Assembly (NCBI GenBank): GCA_963793865.1
Contig: CAWCBP010000004.1
Span: 160,001-224,000 of the forward strand
Length of the DNA: 64,000 nucleotides
Reading direction: 5' to 3'
From: an uncultured delta proteobacterium
GTDB lineage: Bacteria > Desulfobacterota > WTBG01
Under the pieces are notes generated by a model that ran no database searches, was not told where the DNA came from, and saw only the letters and a program-made list of their open reading frames with translations. Every line of letters begins with the position of its first letter. Within the stretch, counting starts at the first letter, position 1. The position numbers were made by a program, and so were the translations under genes. Of this stretch, positions 1 to 11,217 are shown piece after piece.

Positions 1-468
1 AATATCACCGCCCGGGAGGCGGGCGATGAAATAGTGTTCATGAGAAAAATCGTGCCGGGGGTTGCGGACAAGAGCTACGGCATCCAGGTGGGCAGGCTGG
101 CCGGCCTGCCCGAAGAGGTGGTGCAGCGCTCAAAAGAGGTGCTTCTCTACCTCGAGGAGGAAAAGATCTCCGAAGAGGCGCTGGCAAAAAAGCTGAGCAC
201 CCGCAGGCGGCGGGAAACGGTCACCCCGCTTCCGCTTTTCAACCAGCGGGGAGCGGGAAGCGCGCCCGAGCTCCTGGAGTTTAAAAAGACGCCTCAGGGC
301 GCCGCCCTTGCCGGCGCTGACACCATCAGCCACCCCCTGCTTGAGGAGATCAGGCAGCTTAACCTTGAAGCAATGACCCCGCTTGAGGCACTCAATCACC
401 TGCACGCCCTCAAGCAGAAGCTGCTTGAGACTTCACCCCTCATCCCAAAATCTAAAAATAGCTCCTAA
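1..468 (+). CDS. mutS: DNA mismatch repair protein MutS, C-terminal part (5' end outside window)
   Basis: Frame open from base 1; IVFMRKIVPGVADKSYGIQVGRLAGLP and MTPLEALNHL are MutS C-terminal motifs; upstream of mutL. Confidence 0.95.
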   Translation, partial: NITAREAGDEIVFMRKIVPGVADKSYGIQVGRLAGLPEEVVQRSKEVLLYLEEEKISEEALAKKLSTRRRRETVTPLPLFNQRGAGSAPELLEFKKTPQGAALAGADTISHPLLEEIRQLNLEAMTPLEALNHLHALKQKLLETSPLIPKSKNSS

Positions 469-481
469 GTTTTATAGACGC

Positions 482-508
482 TGGAGTATTGGAGTAATGG
501 AGCACTGG
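482..508. repeat. Short 8-bp tandem repeat (TGGAGTAT/TGGAGTAA/TGGAGCAC)
   Basis: ctggagtattggagtaatggagcactgg read directly. Confidence 0.6.
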
Positions 509-518
509 AAGCGTAAAG

Positions 519-588
519 ACACATTGTTGTGGCTAAAAAGCCCCTCCCCCTTGAGCCACAAATCAGATGGTTGTTTTTCAACAACCTG
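519..588 (-). mobile_element. MITE-like element, copy A
   Basis: Reverse complement is near-identical to 29779-29850; CAGGYTGTTGAAAAAC end abuts CTAG at 589-592; internal TTGTGGCT..AGCCACAA hairpin. Confidence 0.7.
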
Positions 589-630
589 CTAGTGCTTTGA
601 TTCAGAGCGTGCCTGCTCGGAGGAACACGC

Positions 631-2412
631 ATGGGAATCATCAGGGTTTTGCCGGAAGAGCTCACCAACAAGATCGCGGCCGGTGAAGTGGTCGAGCGTC
701 CGGGCTCGGTGGTCAAGGAGCTGCTGGAAAACGCGCTGGACGCCCGGGCCACCAGGATTTCCGTGAGCATCAGGCACGGTGGGAAAAGCTTCATCAAGGT
801 GACCGATAACGGCCGGGGCATGGACCGGGAGGATGCCCTGCTCTGCGTGAAAAGCCACACCACCAGCAAGATCAGAGCGGTTGAGGATATCTTTTCCATC
901 GCCAGCCTGGGCTTCAGGGGTGAAGCGCTCGCTTCCATTGCGGCCGTATCCAGGCTCACCCTGACAACCAGGGACGATTCCCATCCGGCGGGAACCGAGA
1001 TCCACTTGGACGGGGGAACGGTGGAACGTATCAGGGAGGTCGGCATTCCGGTCGGGACCAGCGTGGAAGTGAGCGACCTCTTCTTCAACACCCCCGCCAG
1101 GAAAAAATTCCTCAAGGGGGAGCGGGCCGAGTATGCCGCCATCGCGGAAACCATCACCACCACCAGCCTGGCGCACCCCGGTGTTGCCTTCAAGCTTGCC
1201 AGGGACGGCGAGGTGATATTCGATTATCCTCCCGCATCCCATCTTAAGGAGCGCGTCCTCCAGACCCACCACCGCGCGTGGGACACCCACCTGCTGCCGC
1301 TCGATGCCGCGCAGGGAGGCGTTGCCCTGCAGGGATACATTGCCACAGCGGAACTGTCCCGCACCAACCGCACCGCCCAGCTCTTTTTCATCAACAAGCG
1401 TCCCATAAAGAGCCTTCCCTTGAGTTATGCCCTGCAGCGGGGCTATGACGGATATTTGCCCCCGGGCCATTTTCCGGTTGCCATTATAATGCTCACCATT
1501 GATCCGGCCCTGGTTGACGTCAATGTGCATCCCGCCAAGCGGGAGGTCAGGCTGCAGGATGAGCGGTTTGTGCTCGACCAGCTGGCCCATGCCGTGCGGG
1601 AACACCTCAAGCGGGCGAACCATGCCCCCTCCATGTCATTCACCTACGCGCTGGACAAAAATAAAAAATACTCCCCCGGCGCCACTGATGCCCCGCCGTT
1701 CATCATTGCCAAAGAAGGAATCGGCGTCAGGGAGATATCCGGATTGGCCGGCGAAGGCCAGGGCGATCTGCCCCTGCAGCGTGCGGCGGAACAACCTGAC
1801 AGCTTTACGGCACATGGCGGTGAGCCGACACTCAAGGTACAGGGGATTCTGGGACAGATCGGACAGAGCTACATTGTTGCGGAATCTGAAGGGGGTCTCA
1901 TCATCATCGACCAGCACGCCGCGCACGAGCGCATCATCTTTGAAGACATACTGTCCGCCATGGAACGGGGCGCCCCCGCGTCCCAGGCCCTGCTGTTTCC
2001 CATCACGCTTGAGTTCGGTTTCAATGAATCCCGGCTGCTTGAAGAGTACCTCCCCATACTCGCCGGCACCGGTTTTGTCATACGCCACCTGGGGAAAAAC
2101 ACCTATTGCATCGACGCCGCCCCCGCCTGGATGGAAAATCTGGCCGTGGGGGATCTCATTCGCGACTTCATCGATGAGGTCTCGGAAGGCAGGGGAGAAA
2201 GGAAGGTTCATGAACGGCGGGAACAGAGCGCCAGGATACTGGCCTGCAAGTCCCGCACGGTCAAGTCCAATACAGGATTGAGCAGAGAGGAAATGGAACA
2301 TCTCATCAGAAGGCTCGAAGGGACAAAAATACCTTTCACCTGCCCCCATGGACGCCCCACCTTTATCAAACTGGCCCTGGATGACCTTGACAAACAATTC
2401 AAAAGAAAGTAA
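631..2412 (+). CDS. mutL: DNA mismatch repair endonuclease MutL
   Basis: NKIAAGEVVERP, ELLENALDA, GFRGEAL; C-terminal endonuclease motifs DQHAAHERIIFE, ACK and CPHGRP. Confidence 0.98.
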   Translation: MGIIRVLPEELTNKIAAGEVVERPGSVVKELLENALDARATRISVSIRHGGKSFIKVTDNGRGMDREDALLCVKSHTTSKIRAVEDIFSIASLGFRGEALASIAAVSRLTLTTRDDSHPAGTEIHLDGGTVERIREVGIPVGTSVEVSDLFFNTPARKKFLKGERAEYAAIAETITTTSLAHPGVAFKLARDGEVIFDYPPASHLKERVLQTHHRAWDTHLLPLDAAQGGVALQGYIATAELSRTNRTAQLFFINKRPIKSLPLSYALQRGYDGYLPPGHFPVAIIMLTIDPALVDVNVHPAKREVRLQDERFVLDQLAHAVREHLKRANHAPSMSFTYALDKNKKYSPGATDAPPFIIAKEGIGVREISGLAGEGQGDLPLQRAAEQPDSFTAHGGEPTLKVQGILGQIGQSYIVAESEGGLIIIDQHAAHERIIFEDILSAMERGAPASQALLFPITLEFGFNESRLLEEYLPILAGTGFVIRHLGKNTYCIDAAPAWMENLAVGDLIRDFIDEVSEGRGERKVHERREQSARILACKSRTVKSNTGLSREEMEHLIRRLEGTKIPFTCPHGRPTFIKLALDDLDKQFKRK

Positions 2413-2452
2413 CTATTTGTTTCAAGCGCATTTAGTAATTTCGGGATATAAC

Positions 2453-2671
2453 GTGAACGTAGATTCGTTGCTCAGACAAGTTGAGAAAAACGGCCTCATG
2501 AACCCGGAAGAATTGAGGATTTTTATCAGCTCCTGCATCCCTGAGAGCTGCAAAGACTGCTTCTGGCTGGCTGACAGGGAAAAAATTTCCTGCCGGAGTC
2601 CCAAGGAAGCGCCCTGCCGCATGTATCTTCACCGGATATTAAACTATCTTGAAAGCAAAGGGCTGATCTGA
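2453..2671 (+). CDS. Small Cys-rich hypothetical protein (~72 aa)
   Basis: In-frame GTG at 2453 within ORF 2348..2671; CIPESCKDC plus two more Cys; start uncertain. Confidence 0.45.
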   Translation: MNVDSLLRQVEKNGLMNPEELRIFISSCIPESCKDCFWLADREKISCRSPKEAPCRMYLHRILNYLESKGLI

Positions 2672-2701
2672 AGGTTGAGGGTAAGAAACAAGGTCTTTTC
2701 A

Positions 2702-2729
2702 GTAGGGGCGACCGGCCGGTCGCCCCTAC
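2702..2729. repeat. GTAG-class REP palindrome
   Basis: Perfect palindrome GTAGGGGCGACCGGCCGGTCGCCCCTAC; identical copy at 13467-13494. Confidence 0.85.
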
Positions 2730-2805
2730 AGTTTAACAAAACACTTCGTGTCCCCCCTAAAGAGCATGGGGTTTTGATTCGAAAATAAATTATATGGATT
2801 CCAGG

Positions 2806-3264
2806 TTATTTTATAACTATTTTCCCGTCTTTAACTTCCACTTCAATTCTGCTTTTCTCCTTGAACTCTTTGAGGAGATGCACATCCACTCCGGTTATGC
2901 GGGCGAGGTTTTCATCAGAACCGAGCGCCGTATTAGCGCCTCTCCTTTCCCCTCTTTTTAAAAACCACAGGTAATTATAGTAAACCCAGCTGAGCATCAA
3001 TAAAGTGATGATCAAAACCAGCAGACCGCCCGTTTTCAGTATTTCCAGAAATTCTGCAAGCCCCGCCTTTACAATAAGCTCGGTCTGGAACAATTTAATG
3101 CCAAAAAACCACAGCACAGCGGTCACCACCGGCGATATCCAGTAGGCCCACACCGACCACAGAAAGAGGGTGACCGAACCTTCGATGAGGTAGCGGAACG
3201 GCGACTTAAGCGCCGGCTCATCTATGATTTTAATGTATGCAGTCCCCTGTCCGGACTTTTCCAT
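2806..3264 (-). CDS. pgaD: PNAG biosynthesis protein PgaD
   Basis: Two-TM protein (TLFLWSVWAYW ... LSWVYYN..RGERR) directly after pgaC. Confidence 0.85.
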   Translation of the reverse strand: MEKSGQGTAYIKIIDEPALKSPFRYLIEGSVTLFLWSVWAYWISPVVTAVLWFFGIKLFQTELIVKAGLAEFLEILKTGGLLVLIITLLMLSWVYYNYLWFLKRGERRGANTALGSDENLARITGVDVHLLKEFKEKSRIEVEVKDGKIVIK

Positions 3265-4499
3265 GTGACAGTACCTCGGGTTCGGCGAATAAAAACATTA
3301 TACACGCCGACCAGCACTGATAGGGCACTTATGAACCAGTAGAAAAAGGGATACCAGATTGCCCAGAAATAATACTTGAGTGAGGCCCGGCTTTCGTACT
3401 TAAAATCAATAAACAGGCTTACCACCACCTGGATCAGGCACAGCAGGGCGAGTACGGCGCCCGACCAACGGGGTATCAGGGGAAGCGCCGGCTCCGGTGC
3501 GGCAAAAAGGTCGGGGTTGAACGAGTGCAGCCCGTACATGACCAGCCATATTCCGATCAGCAGGAACACCACATGAGCCCACAGGGCGCTCATTACGTAC
3601 TCGATATACACCGGCCACAGGCGCCTCTGACGCAGGTCGGTCCACACCCCGGCATGCTTTTTTATTACCTCCATGCCGCCCTGCGACCAGCGGACCCTCT
3701 GTCGCCACAGGCCTTTTATGGTCTCAGGCACAAGCACCCAGCAGACAGCGCGGGGCTCATAGCGAATGTCCCAGAACTTCTCCTGCAGCTTCCAGGTGAC
3801 ATCGATGTCCTCCGTGACCGTGTCCGTATCAAAAAGCCCGCAGTCGCAGAGGGCGCTCTTTCTGAAAGCGGCAATAACCCCGGAAACGGTGAGTATCTTG
3901 CCCAGCAGACGCTGCGAGCGCTTTATCAGACCGATGATGCTTGAGTATTCGCCCACCTGGATTTTGCCCAGCAGGGTGGTGCGATTGGCAACCCGGGGAT
4001 TGCCGGTAACCGCCCCCACCCGGGGAAACTTGAGAAAATGGTAGGCCATCCATCTGAGCGCGTCCCGGTCGAGAAAGCTGTCCGCATCCATGACTAGAAT
4101 GAATTGCCCTTTGCTGACCAGGATGCCGGTGTTGACCGCCCTTGCCTTGCCGCTGTTGGGCCGGAGATGCACCACCCTGAGCCAGGCGCCGTATTTTTTT
4201 AAAAGCTCATCCAGGATCCGGCCCGTTCTATCGGTGCTGCCGTCATTGACCACGATGGCCTCGTAACGGGGATAGTTGATCTGCGCCAGGTCAGCCAGCG
4301 CGTCCCCTATGGTTCCTTCCTCGTTATGGGCGGGAATAATGATGGAAAAGAGCGGGCAGTCGTCAGGGGCGGGAAGGTCCACCTTTCTCCGTTCCCAGCG
4401 AAAGTAGAACAGCAGTCCTCCCGCGATCCATATGAAGCTCATATAGAGCGGGTGGAGAAAAACAAAATAGTTAATTGCTTTCCACAACAGGCTTATCAT
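3222..4499 (-). CDS. pgaC: Poly-beta-1,6-N-acetylglucosamine synthase PgaC (GT2)
   Basis: IPAHNEE, NDGSTD, DAD, GAVTGNPR, TEDID, QRVRW; probable start MISLLWK. Confidence 0.95.
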   Translation of the reverse strand: MISLLWKAINYFVFLHPLYMSFIWIAGGLLFYFRWERRKVDLPAPDDCPLFSIIIPAHNEEGTIGDALADLAQINYPRYEAIVVNDGSTDRTGRILDELLKKYGAWLRVVHLRPNSGKARAVNTGILVSKGQFILVMDADSFLDRDALRWMAYHFLKFPRVGAVTGNPRVANRTTLLGKIQVGEYSSIIGLIKRSQRLLGKILTVSGVIAAFRKSALCDCGLFDTDTVTEDIDVTWKLQEKFWDIRYEPRAVCWVLVPETIKGLWRQRVRWSQGGMEVIKKHAGVWTDLRQRRLWPVYIEYVMSALWAHVVFLLIGIWLVMYGLHSFNPDLFAAPEPALPLIPRWSGAVLALLCLIQVVVSLFIDFKYESRASLKYYFWAIWYPFFYWFISALSVLVGVYNVFIRRTRGTVTWKSPDRGLHTLKS

Positions 4500-6448
4500 T
4501 CCATGACTCCGGAAATTCCCGCGCTGAAATGACCGGCACCAGCTCCTCGATGCGGGGACGGTTCTCAAAAACATTGTCGGGGTAGTAGGCAATGTGGCTG
4601 ACCCCGCGGGAGAGCAGATAGCGCAGTTCCCTGACCAGTTCTTTTTCAGGGATCCAGGCGCCTTTTGACCAGTCGAAACTCTGGATCTTGAAAACCACTT
4701 TATCCAGCGCCTGCCGCTCAGCGGCCTCGTCCACCAGTGCGGAAAACCATTGCCTGATGCGTTTGCCGCCCTTTATTTTTTCCATCCGGGGATAGGCCAT
4801 GATCACCGTGTACTCATAGCGCTTTACATAGTCATCAAAATCCTGGGCGAGCCACTCCCGCGAAGCGGGGTTTAACACGGCCTCGCTGTAAATATTCCGG
4901 GCAAATTTCGCCTCCGGCCTGAAGTATCTCACTTCGGATTTCAAGTCCTCTATAAACAGGTTGATGGTTTTCGTCTTGATCTGCGCCCACTCACTTTTGA
5001 ACCGGTCTTCCTTCAGGCTGCGGGGATTAAAATCAGGGCCGTACAGCTCTTTAAGCAGAGCCAGGGCCGCGGGGTGGTAATCTTCATCCTCTGAAAGATA
5101 GGCGTCATCCTGAAAGAGAATGCCGTCAAAGCGGACGTGCGCCGCGAGATCCCGGTAGAGTGACCTGACGATGTCAAGGCTTCTGCCCTCGAAAGGTGAC
5201 AGTCTCCGGTACCAGGAAGTGGTAACAATGCTTTCGGCACCCCTCAGCTCCCTGACCTTCAGGCTTTCATTCAGCGCGCGGTCCGGAAGCTCATAGCTTA
5301 AAACAGGCATCCATATGTATACCTCCATGCCCCGTATGCGTATTCTGTTGGTCACGTGCCCGAGGAAATCCGATATCACCGGAAGCGTTGCGTTGCGATA
5401 GTAGAGCGAACCTATGTTCCCCGATCCATCCCGGTCACAAAATCCCTGCAGGAACACGGTGTTGACACCCGCCGCCACAAGCCGCTCAATCAGGAGCCCC
5501 AGGTTGGCATCGCTTCGCTCGTAGGAATCCGGGTCAACAATGGCATCGAGATCTATCTGAACCGCCCTTATTTTTTTCATTCCCGCGAGTTTGAATTCCT
5601 GCTTCAGCCGCGAGGCAAAATCTTCAAAGTCAATCTGGCTGGTGATGATATTGCGATTGATCATATCAACCGCGTTCAGTGAAGCGGAACCGGGAGCGAG
5701 GGTAAGCATCAATTCGAACCCGAGCTTCTTCGCCTCATCCATGGCAGGCCGGTTAAACTGGCCGTAGGGCCATGTCAGGATCCGCGGTCTGGTTCCCGTC
5801 TTCGCTTCCAGGATTTCCCCGCTTTGTCTCAGGTCAAAGGCAACCCGACTTCTGAAATGCGCCTCGGTTTCGTAACCGTTTTCAGCCGCCGAATAGATAA
5901 AGGCTGATCCCGCCGCCTCCTCGTTTCCCAGCGGGTTGGCAATGACCCCCTTATGCAAATCGTGGGAATGGGAAGCGGCGTAAATCAGATCCGATCGTAC
6001 CAGCTCCCTGATCTGCTCCCAGGACATCAATTCCTTATCCTTCACATAGTCAGGCTTTCGCTCAATCCAGGAAGTGACTACGGACAGGACTGCCGGATAT
6101 CCGTACAGGCGGAGGACCGGGTACACGAAATCATAAAATGAGCGGTAGGCATCGTCGAAGGTTAAAAGCACCGCCTTGTCCGGCAGCGGGCGCAGGCCCT
6201 TGCGCGCGGCCAGGATGTCTTCCGGGCTCACAACCGCGTACCCGTGGGTTTTGAGGTATTCCAACTGCTTCACGAAAACGTCCCGGGGCACATCTTCCAG
6301 GACGGAAGCCTTTGTCGGAATGTCATGGTAACAAAGCGCCAGGAAGCTATCCGCCGCCCCGGCGGGCTGCACCGACGAGCAGAAAACATGCCGCAATCAC
6401 CAGCACCCTAAAAACTCTTCTTAAACCTGAGATAACCGCCCCACACAT
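4471..6448 (-). CDS. pgaB: PNAG N-deacetylase/hydrolase PgaB (probable frameshift ~6370)
   Basis: CE4 motifs LCYHD, LTFDDAY, SHSHDLH, WPYG plus GH153-like C-terminus (DGILFQDDA, ARNIY, IAYYPD); signal-peptide-like MCGAVISGLRRVFRVLVIAACFLLV lies in the neighbouring frame from 6448. Confidence 0.9.
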
Positions 6449-9316
6449 TGGTAGACTCCCCGTCATATATCTTCCTGTCCCAGGAAACAGCCCAGGTCAG
6501 CTCAAAGGTTTTTGACAGCCTGATCAATTGTTCGTAAGTGGCCCCGCCGATGGTGTGGCAGGCATAGGTGTTTTGCCGATATGCCCCCAGGCGGGGATAG
6601 ATGCTTGAACGCACCTCTTTGTCATATCGCAGCAGGTGTATCCAGTGAAGCGTCGGCGTGAGGGTAAGGCTCAGGTCGTGCGAGGGGCTGAAATAGTCCT
6701 TGTGCGATTCCCGGTTTCTCGAGTGGTACAGCTCGGCGCCGAGCCTGATCTTAAAGTCGGGGGTGTTGAGCACGCTCTGATCACCATAGAGCCTGTAGTA
6801 GGTATTGAGGTTCCCGTCATCGTACCAGATGTACCCGGTTCCGGCCCCGAAGTAGCGCTCATCGCTCTGGTGGAAGTGGACATTGAGGAAGGTGCTTTCG
6901 CCCTCTATGCCTTTTGCCCGCGCCCGCAGCGGTATGTCCAGGTAGAAGGAATCATAGCCGGCGTCAAGGCTGAGCCGGTCGGTCGGCCTCCAGGACAGGG
7001 TGGTGTAGTAGCCGAGCTCGTCAAACTCCTCAAAGTCAAAGGTTACCGCCTGCTTCCAGACCAGCTGCGGAAGGACGATCCATTCGTGCCCGATGCCCGC
7101 CCGCTTCCATTCAAACTCCTGCTTGCCTTCCGGCGTGTCCTCCTCCGAGGTTTCCTGCCAGACCACCTCCTGGTACAGCTTGAACAGCGGGTGCAGCGTC
7201 TCCTTGAGCGTTGATTTTATCCGGTACTCCGTCGCGCCCTCGTTCTCCTCGAGGAAGTCCGTTTCGGTTGAGAACTCATGCATGTCTTCAACCTGCAGCA
7301 TCTCATGCGTGTCCAGCACGTGTTTGTTGGTGGGAAACATCCGCAGCAGCTTTGCAGCCTCCGCCCTCGCCTCCTCTTTATAATTCAATTCGTTTAAAGC
7401 CAGTATGGTGCCGGTCTCGACATCGACATCCTTGGGATAGATGGCATGCGCTATTCTGAACTCTTCCAGCGCCTTCCTCGGCCATCCCCGCAGCAGGTAG
7501 GTGTGTCCCAGGCCCGCCCTGAAGCTGGTGTTCATGCCCGCCTGATTAACATACGATTCAAAATAATCTTCTGCCTCCCGCAGTTCATCGCGGTATACAA
7601 GATACCAGCCCTGTGCGCTCACCGCTTCGGGCCTTTGCCACTTGTGCAATTCCCTGCCGCTTTGCAGGCGCTCGTCAATGCGCTTCCAGGTTTGCCCGGC
7701 ATGCTCCCAATCCCGCAGGTCCTGGTAGGCGTAAAAAAGGCCCATCAGCGGGTTAAACGGGTCGGGCGGCCTTCTGTCCAGGCACTCTTTGTAAAGCGCC
7801 ACGGCCTGCTTCGGCTTTTCCAGATAGAGGCAGGCATCGGCAGCCGCATTCAGCGCCCAGTAGGGTATCTCCCTGTCCATGTCCTGAAGGATTTCATACT
7901 GCTCAAGCGCCTCCCTCATCCTGTCTTTTTCGCGCAGCGCCATGAGATAGTCACAGCGCGCCCTGAAGTTTGAGGGGTCATCGCGCAATTGCTTCTCCAG
8001 CAGGGGAATGGCCTCCGGTGCCTCCTTCCAGCGCAGCCGGTCCAGCGCCAGGTCTCCCTCAAGATCGGTGAAAAACTGTGCATCGGCAAGGCCTTCCCCC
8101 TTGAGCGCTCATAGGCATAGCTGGTAGCACCCAGGTCTGCAAAGCTCCTCATTTTCAGCTTGCGCGCCGTGCTATTCTGCGGATTCTTCCGGAGCAGTCC
8201 ATCGTATATCCCGGCTGCCTTTAAAAAATCACCCTGCTTTTCATGGAGAAACGCCTCCGCGAAAAGGGTTTCATTATAAAAGCAGCCGTTTTTCTTTGCG
8301 ATGCGCACTTCCTGCGCGGCTTCTTCAAACTGTCGTTTGTTTGACAATGGATAAACCATGCCGATATGGGCAAGACATGAATCCGGACGCTCCTTAATAA
8401 CCAGCTGGTATAAGGAAAGCGCCTCATCATCCCGTGCAGCTTTAAAATAGCCCCTGGCCATCTCCAGCAGAACCCCCGGGGGCAATTCGTCCTTTTCCGA
8501 AGGCCGGCGATTCATCACAATCTCGTATCGCCCGCTGTCCATGGCGATCATGTCATGCAGCGGCGGGATCGCCTGCTGCTCCCGCAAAAGCCCGTCCATC
8601 TCTTCATGCGAGAGAGCGGCTGCCGCCTGCCTCTTGCTGTCCTGCAGATCCTTAATGCGGGACTCGTTCTCTTCGGTCAGCAGCAATTGCATGGAAAGAA
8701 GGTACGCCTGCTTATGATTTCCCTCCTGCTGATGAATGTACATCTCCAGGGCGGAGAGCTGGGCGGGAACGAAAGAGCCGGCGAGTGCGCGCTGCTCAAA
8801 TGCCTGCCGCGCCCCGGTATAATCTTCCAGATGGCAAAGGCTGTAAACCAACCCCTTTAAGGCTTCGCCGTCAGACGGTTCACGCAGAAGGGATTGTTCG
8901 TATAAGTGCCTTGCCCTGTCGTAATCACCGGTCTCATAAAAAGCCTTGGCGGCATCTCTTCCAACATAGCTCAGGTTCTTAAGATCGTTCTCATGTCGCA
9001 GGTAAAAGTCTGCCGCCTGTTTGTAGGAACCGGTCCACACCAGGCAGAGCAGGTAATCCCCTTTAACCGGTACATTGCCCGGCGCTTTTTCCAGGGCGGA
9101 TTCCAAATGGGGCAGCGCCTCGCGGAACTTCTCCTGTTTTATCAATCGCAGTGCGGTCCTGTACTCGGCGCCGGTGTTTTTACCATAGCTCTTCTTTCCC
9201 ACGCCGGCTGCGGCTTCATCTGCAGCATAAGCCCGCATGACCGGGTTGAGCATGAGAGAGAGGAGGAGTATGAATAATCCAACCGTATACTTTTTTGCAC
9301 TCAGCAAACGAGCCAT
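6408..9316 (-). CDS. pgaA: PNAG export porin PgaA (TPR + beta-barrel), split by a frameshift at ~8098
   Basis: Signal peptide and TPR repeats (ORF 7916..9316) join ORF 6408..7988 (DYLMALRE, RGWPRKA, DYFSP, terminal F) across a G5 run. Confidence 0.88.
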
Positions 9317-9683
9317 TGGTGATGTTTACAATAAGAACCGTTGTTTGTTGATGAACCGGTCGGTCTGACACGTGGTAACAGTAATTATCGGCATCCGTGC
9401 CGGCCGGCTTGAGCAAAAACTCCTTATTTCACGGAGGTTGCCGCACCTGAAGCTTCGTGCCGTCATATCATCGATCAAGGTGCGATCACGCACGGCTCCT
9501 CAGAAAAGAGATTCCCTTGACACATCAGGCTCACCCCCCTATACTGATTTTATAAAGCAGAAACATGAGCCCGGGCGGCCTCAAGCGATTTTTTTCTCTC
9601 AGACTGCTTCAGGCCGCCTTGCCCATTGTAATGCCGCACATTTTTTATAGCGTTCTTTACGACACAAACACGAGACAGACCAC

Positions 9684-10315
9684 ATGAGCTTTTTTAGCAC
9701 ACTCGCGTTCGCACTGGGATCTGCCTGGGTATCGGGCATAAACCTCTATGCCTCGGTGGCAACGCTCGGTCTGCTGGGCCGCTTTGCGCATCTCCAATTG
9801 CCGGGGATCTTACGCTTTTGACCAACTGGTGGGTGATCGGGGTGGCGGTGGTACTGTACCTGATCGAGTTTATCGCCGACAAAGTGCCCGTGGTGGACAG
9901 CGCCTGGGACGCGATCCACACCTTTATTCGCGTCCCCGCCGGCGCGGCGCTCGCGGCGGCGTCATTCGGTGATTATGACAGGAGCTTTCAGCTGGTGGCG
10001 TTTCTGCTGGGGGGAGGGCTCGCATTAAGCTCGCACGGAACCAAGGCCGCCGCGCGCATGGTGGTCAACACCAGCCCGGAGCCGGTGACCAATGTGGCAG
10101 CGAGCCTGGGGGAGGATGTTCTCGCGGTGGGTTCGATACTGCTGGCCGCGTTTTATCCGCTGGTGCTGCTTATCGTGGTTGTGGCCGGTCTCATCATTTC
10201 GCTTTTTCTGCTGCCCCGAATAGTCCGGTATTTCAGAACGCTGCTGGCAAAGCTGCGCGGAGAAGGGGGGACGCCCTCAAAAATCGTAAGTTTTGCAGCA
10301 TCAGCAATGAATTAA
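9684..10315 (+). CDS. DUF4126-family membrane protein (frameshift ~9805)
   Basis: SGINLYA (frame from ATG 9684), then EFIADKVPVVDSAWDAIHTFIR and SPEPVTNVAASLGED. Confidence 0.8.
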
Positions 10316-10367
10316 GAATTTTAAGGGCGTCCCCTCCTTGCATAATATTCTTGCAGAGATGGACTGC

Positions 10368-10970
10368 TCCTTTTCTTTTTACGTGCCCTTCGTGCTATTT
10401 CTCTTGGTGAGCTTCGTGGTTAACATTAAGGGAACAAGGTGAAGGAAAAACGCTACCGTTTTATCGCAAATCCCACATCTCACATCACGGTTGAAGTTAT
10501 TCCACTTATCAGAGGAACGTCCCCAAATTCCTTAAGGCAATGCTGAAGAGTATTTTAATCTTCCGAACCGGTCACAATTTGTGACAGTTCATTCTTTTCC
10601 ACTTCAGTTAGCTGAAACATAAAATCACTGGGAATCTCATGTTCATTTCTTTTTACAGCCTGGTTCAATACTTTAGTGGAAACTCCATAAAGGTAAGCGA
10701 GGTCTTCTATCCAGCATGATCTATCAGGTCGCGAATTATAATATTTTTTGTTCGATTAAATTTCCCGGGCAACTATTTCTTCATTCACTGTGGAACTCCG
10801 TCTTCTTCATCCGTAAGCACATACTGAGCAATTGTTATGCCATAAATTGAGACTGATGCAAGATACAGGATACATGCAGGAGGATGCTTTTGAACTGGTA
10901 ACTGTTAATTAACTTTTGAACCACGAAGCACGAAGGAGGCACTAAGCGCACGAAGAAAAAAAGAAAAGGA
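10368..10970. repeat. Imperfect ~52-bp inverted repeats (10368-10421 and 10919-10970) built of CACGAAG units
   Basis: AACCACGAAG..GCACGAAG..AAAAGAAAAGGA present in opposite orientations around the ORF6N remnant. Confidence 0.6.
10548..10788 (-). pseudogene. Degenerate ORF6N-domain (DNA-binding) gene
   Basis: Minus strand translates IEQKIL..IMLD/DLAYLYGVSTKVLNQAVKRN..DFMFQLTEVEKNEL/VTNCDRF with several frameshifts and stops. Confidence 0.75.
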
Positions 10971-10995
10971 TGCTGGCTACAAAGGCAGCGCAGTT

Positions 10996-11139
10996 GTAGT
11001 CGCAAGCTTTAGCATGCGTATTCTTTCCTGTCCGTTTGTTTCCCTTTTTATAAAATTAACGCAGGCTGAAGCCTGCGATACCAGCCTGCGATTACATTTT
11101 ACATCCGTCTCTTATATTCGCGGCTCAAGCCGCTCCTAC
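10996..11139. repeat. Cluster of GTAG-class REP-like half-sites
   Basis: GTAGTCGCAAGCTTTAGCATGCG, ACGCAGGCTGAAGCCTGCG, CGCGGCTCAAGCCGCTCCTAC. Confidence 0.6.
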
Positions 11140-11217
11140 CGGTTTTTTATTCTGTCCCCTGACCCCTGTCTTCTAAATTCTCTCACAATTCAGCCCTTCT
11201 CTCGGACAAGCCTTCCA

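Noticed and set aside
9317..9683. c-di-GMP riboswitch upstream of pgaA
   Set aside because: Hairpins are present, but I could not match class I or II consensus features by eye; needs Infernal
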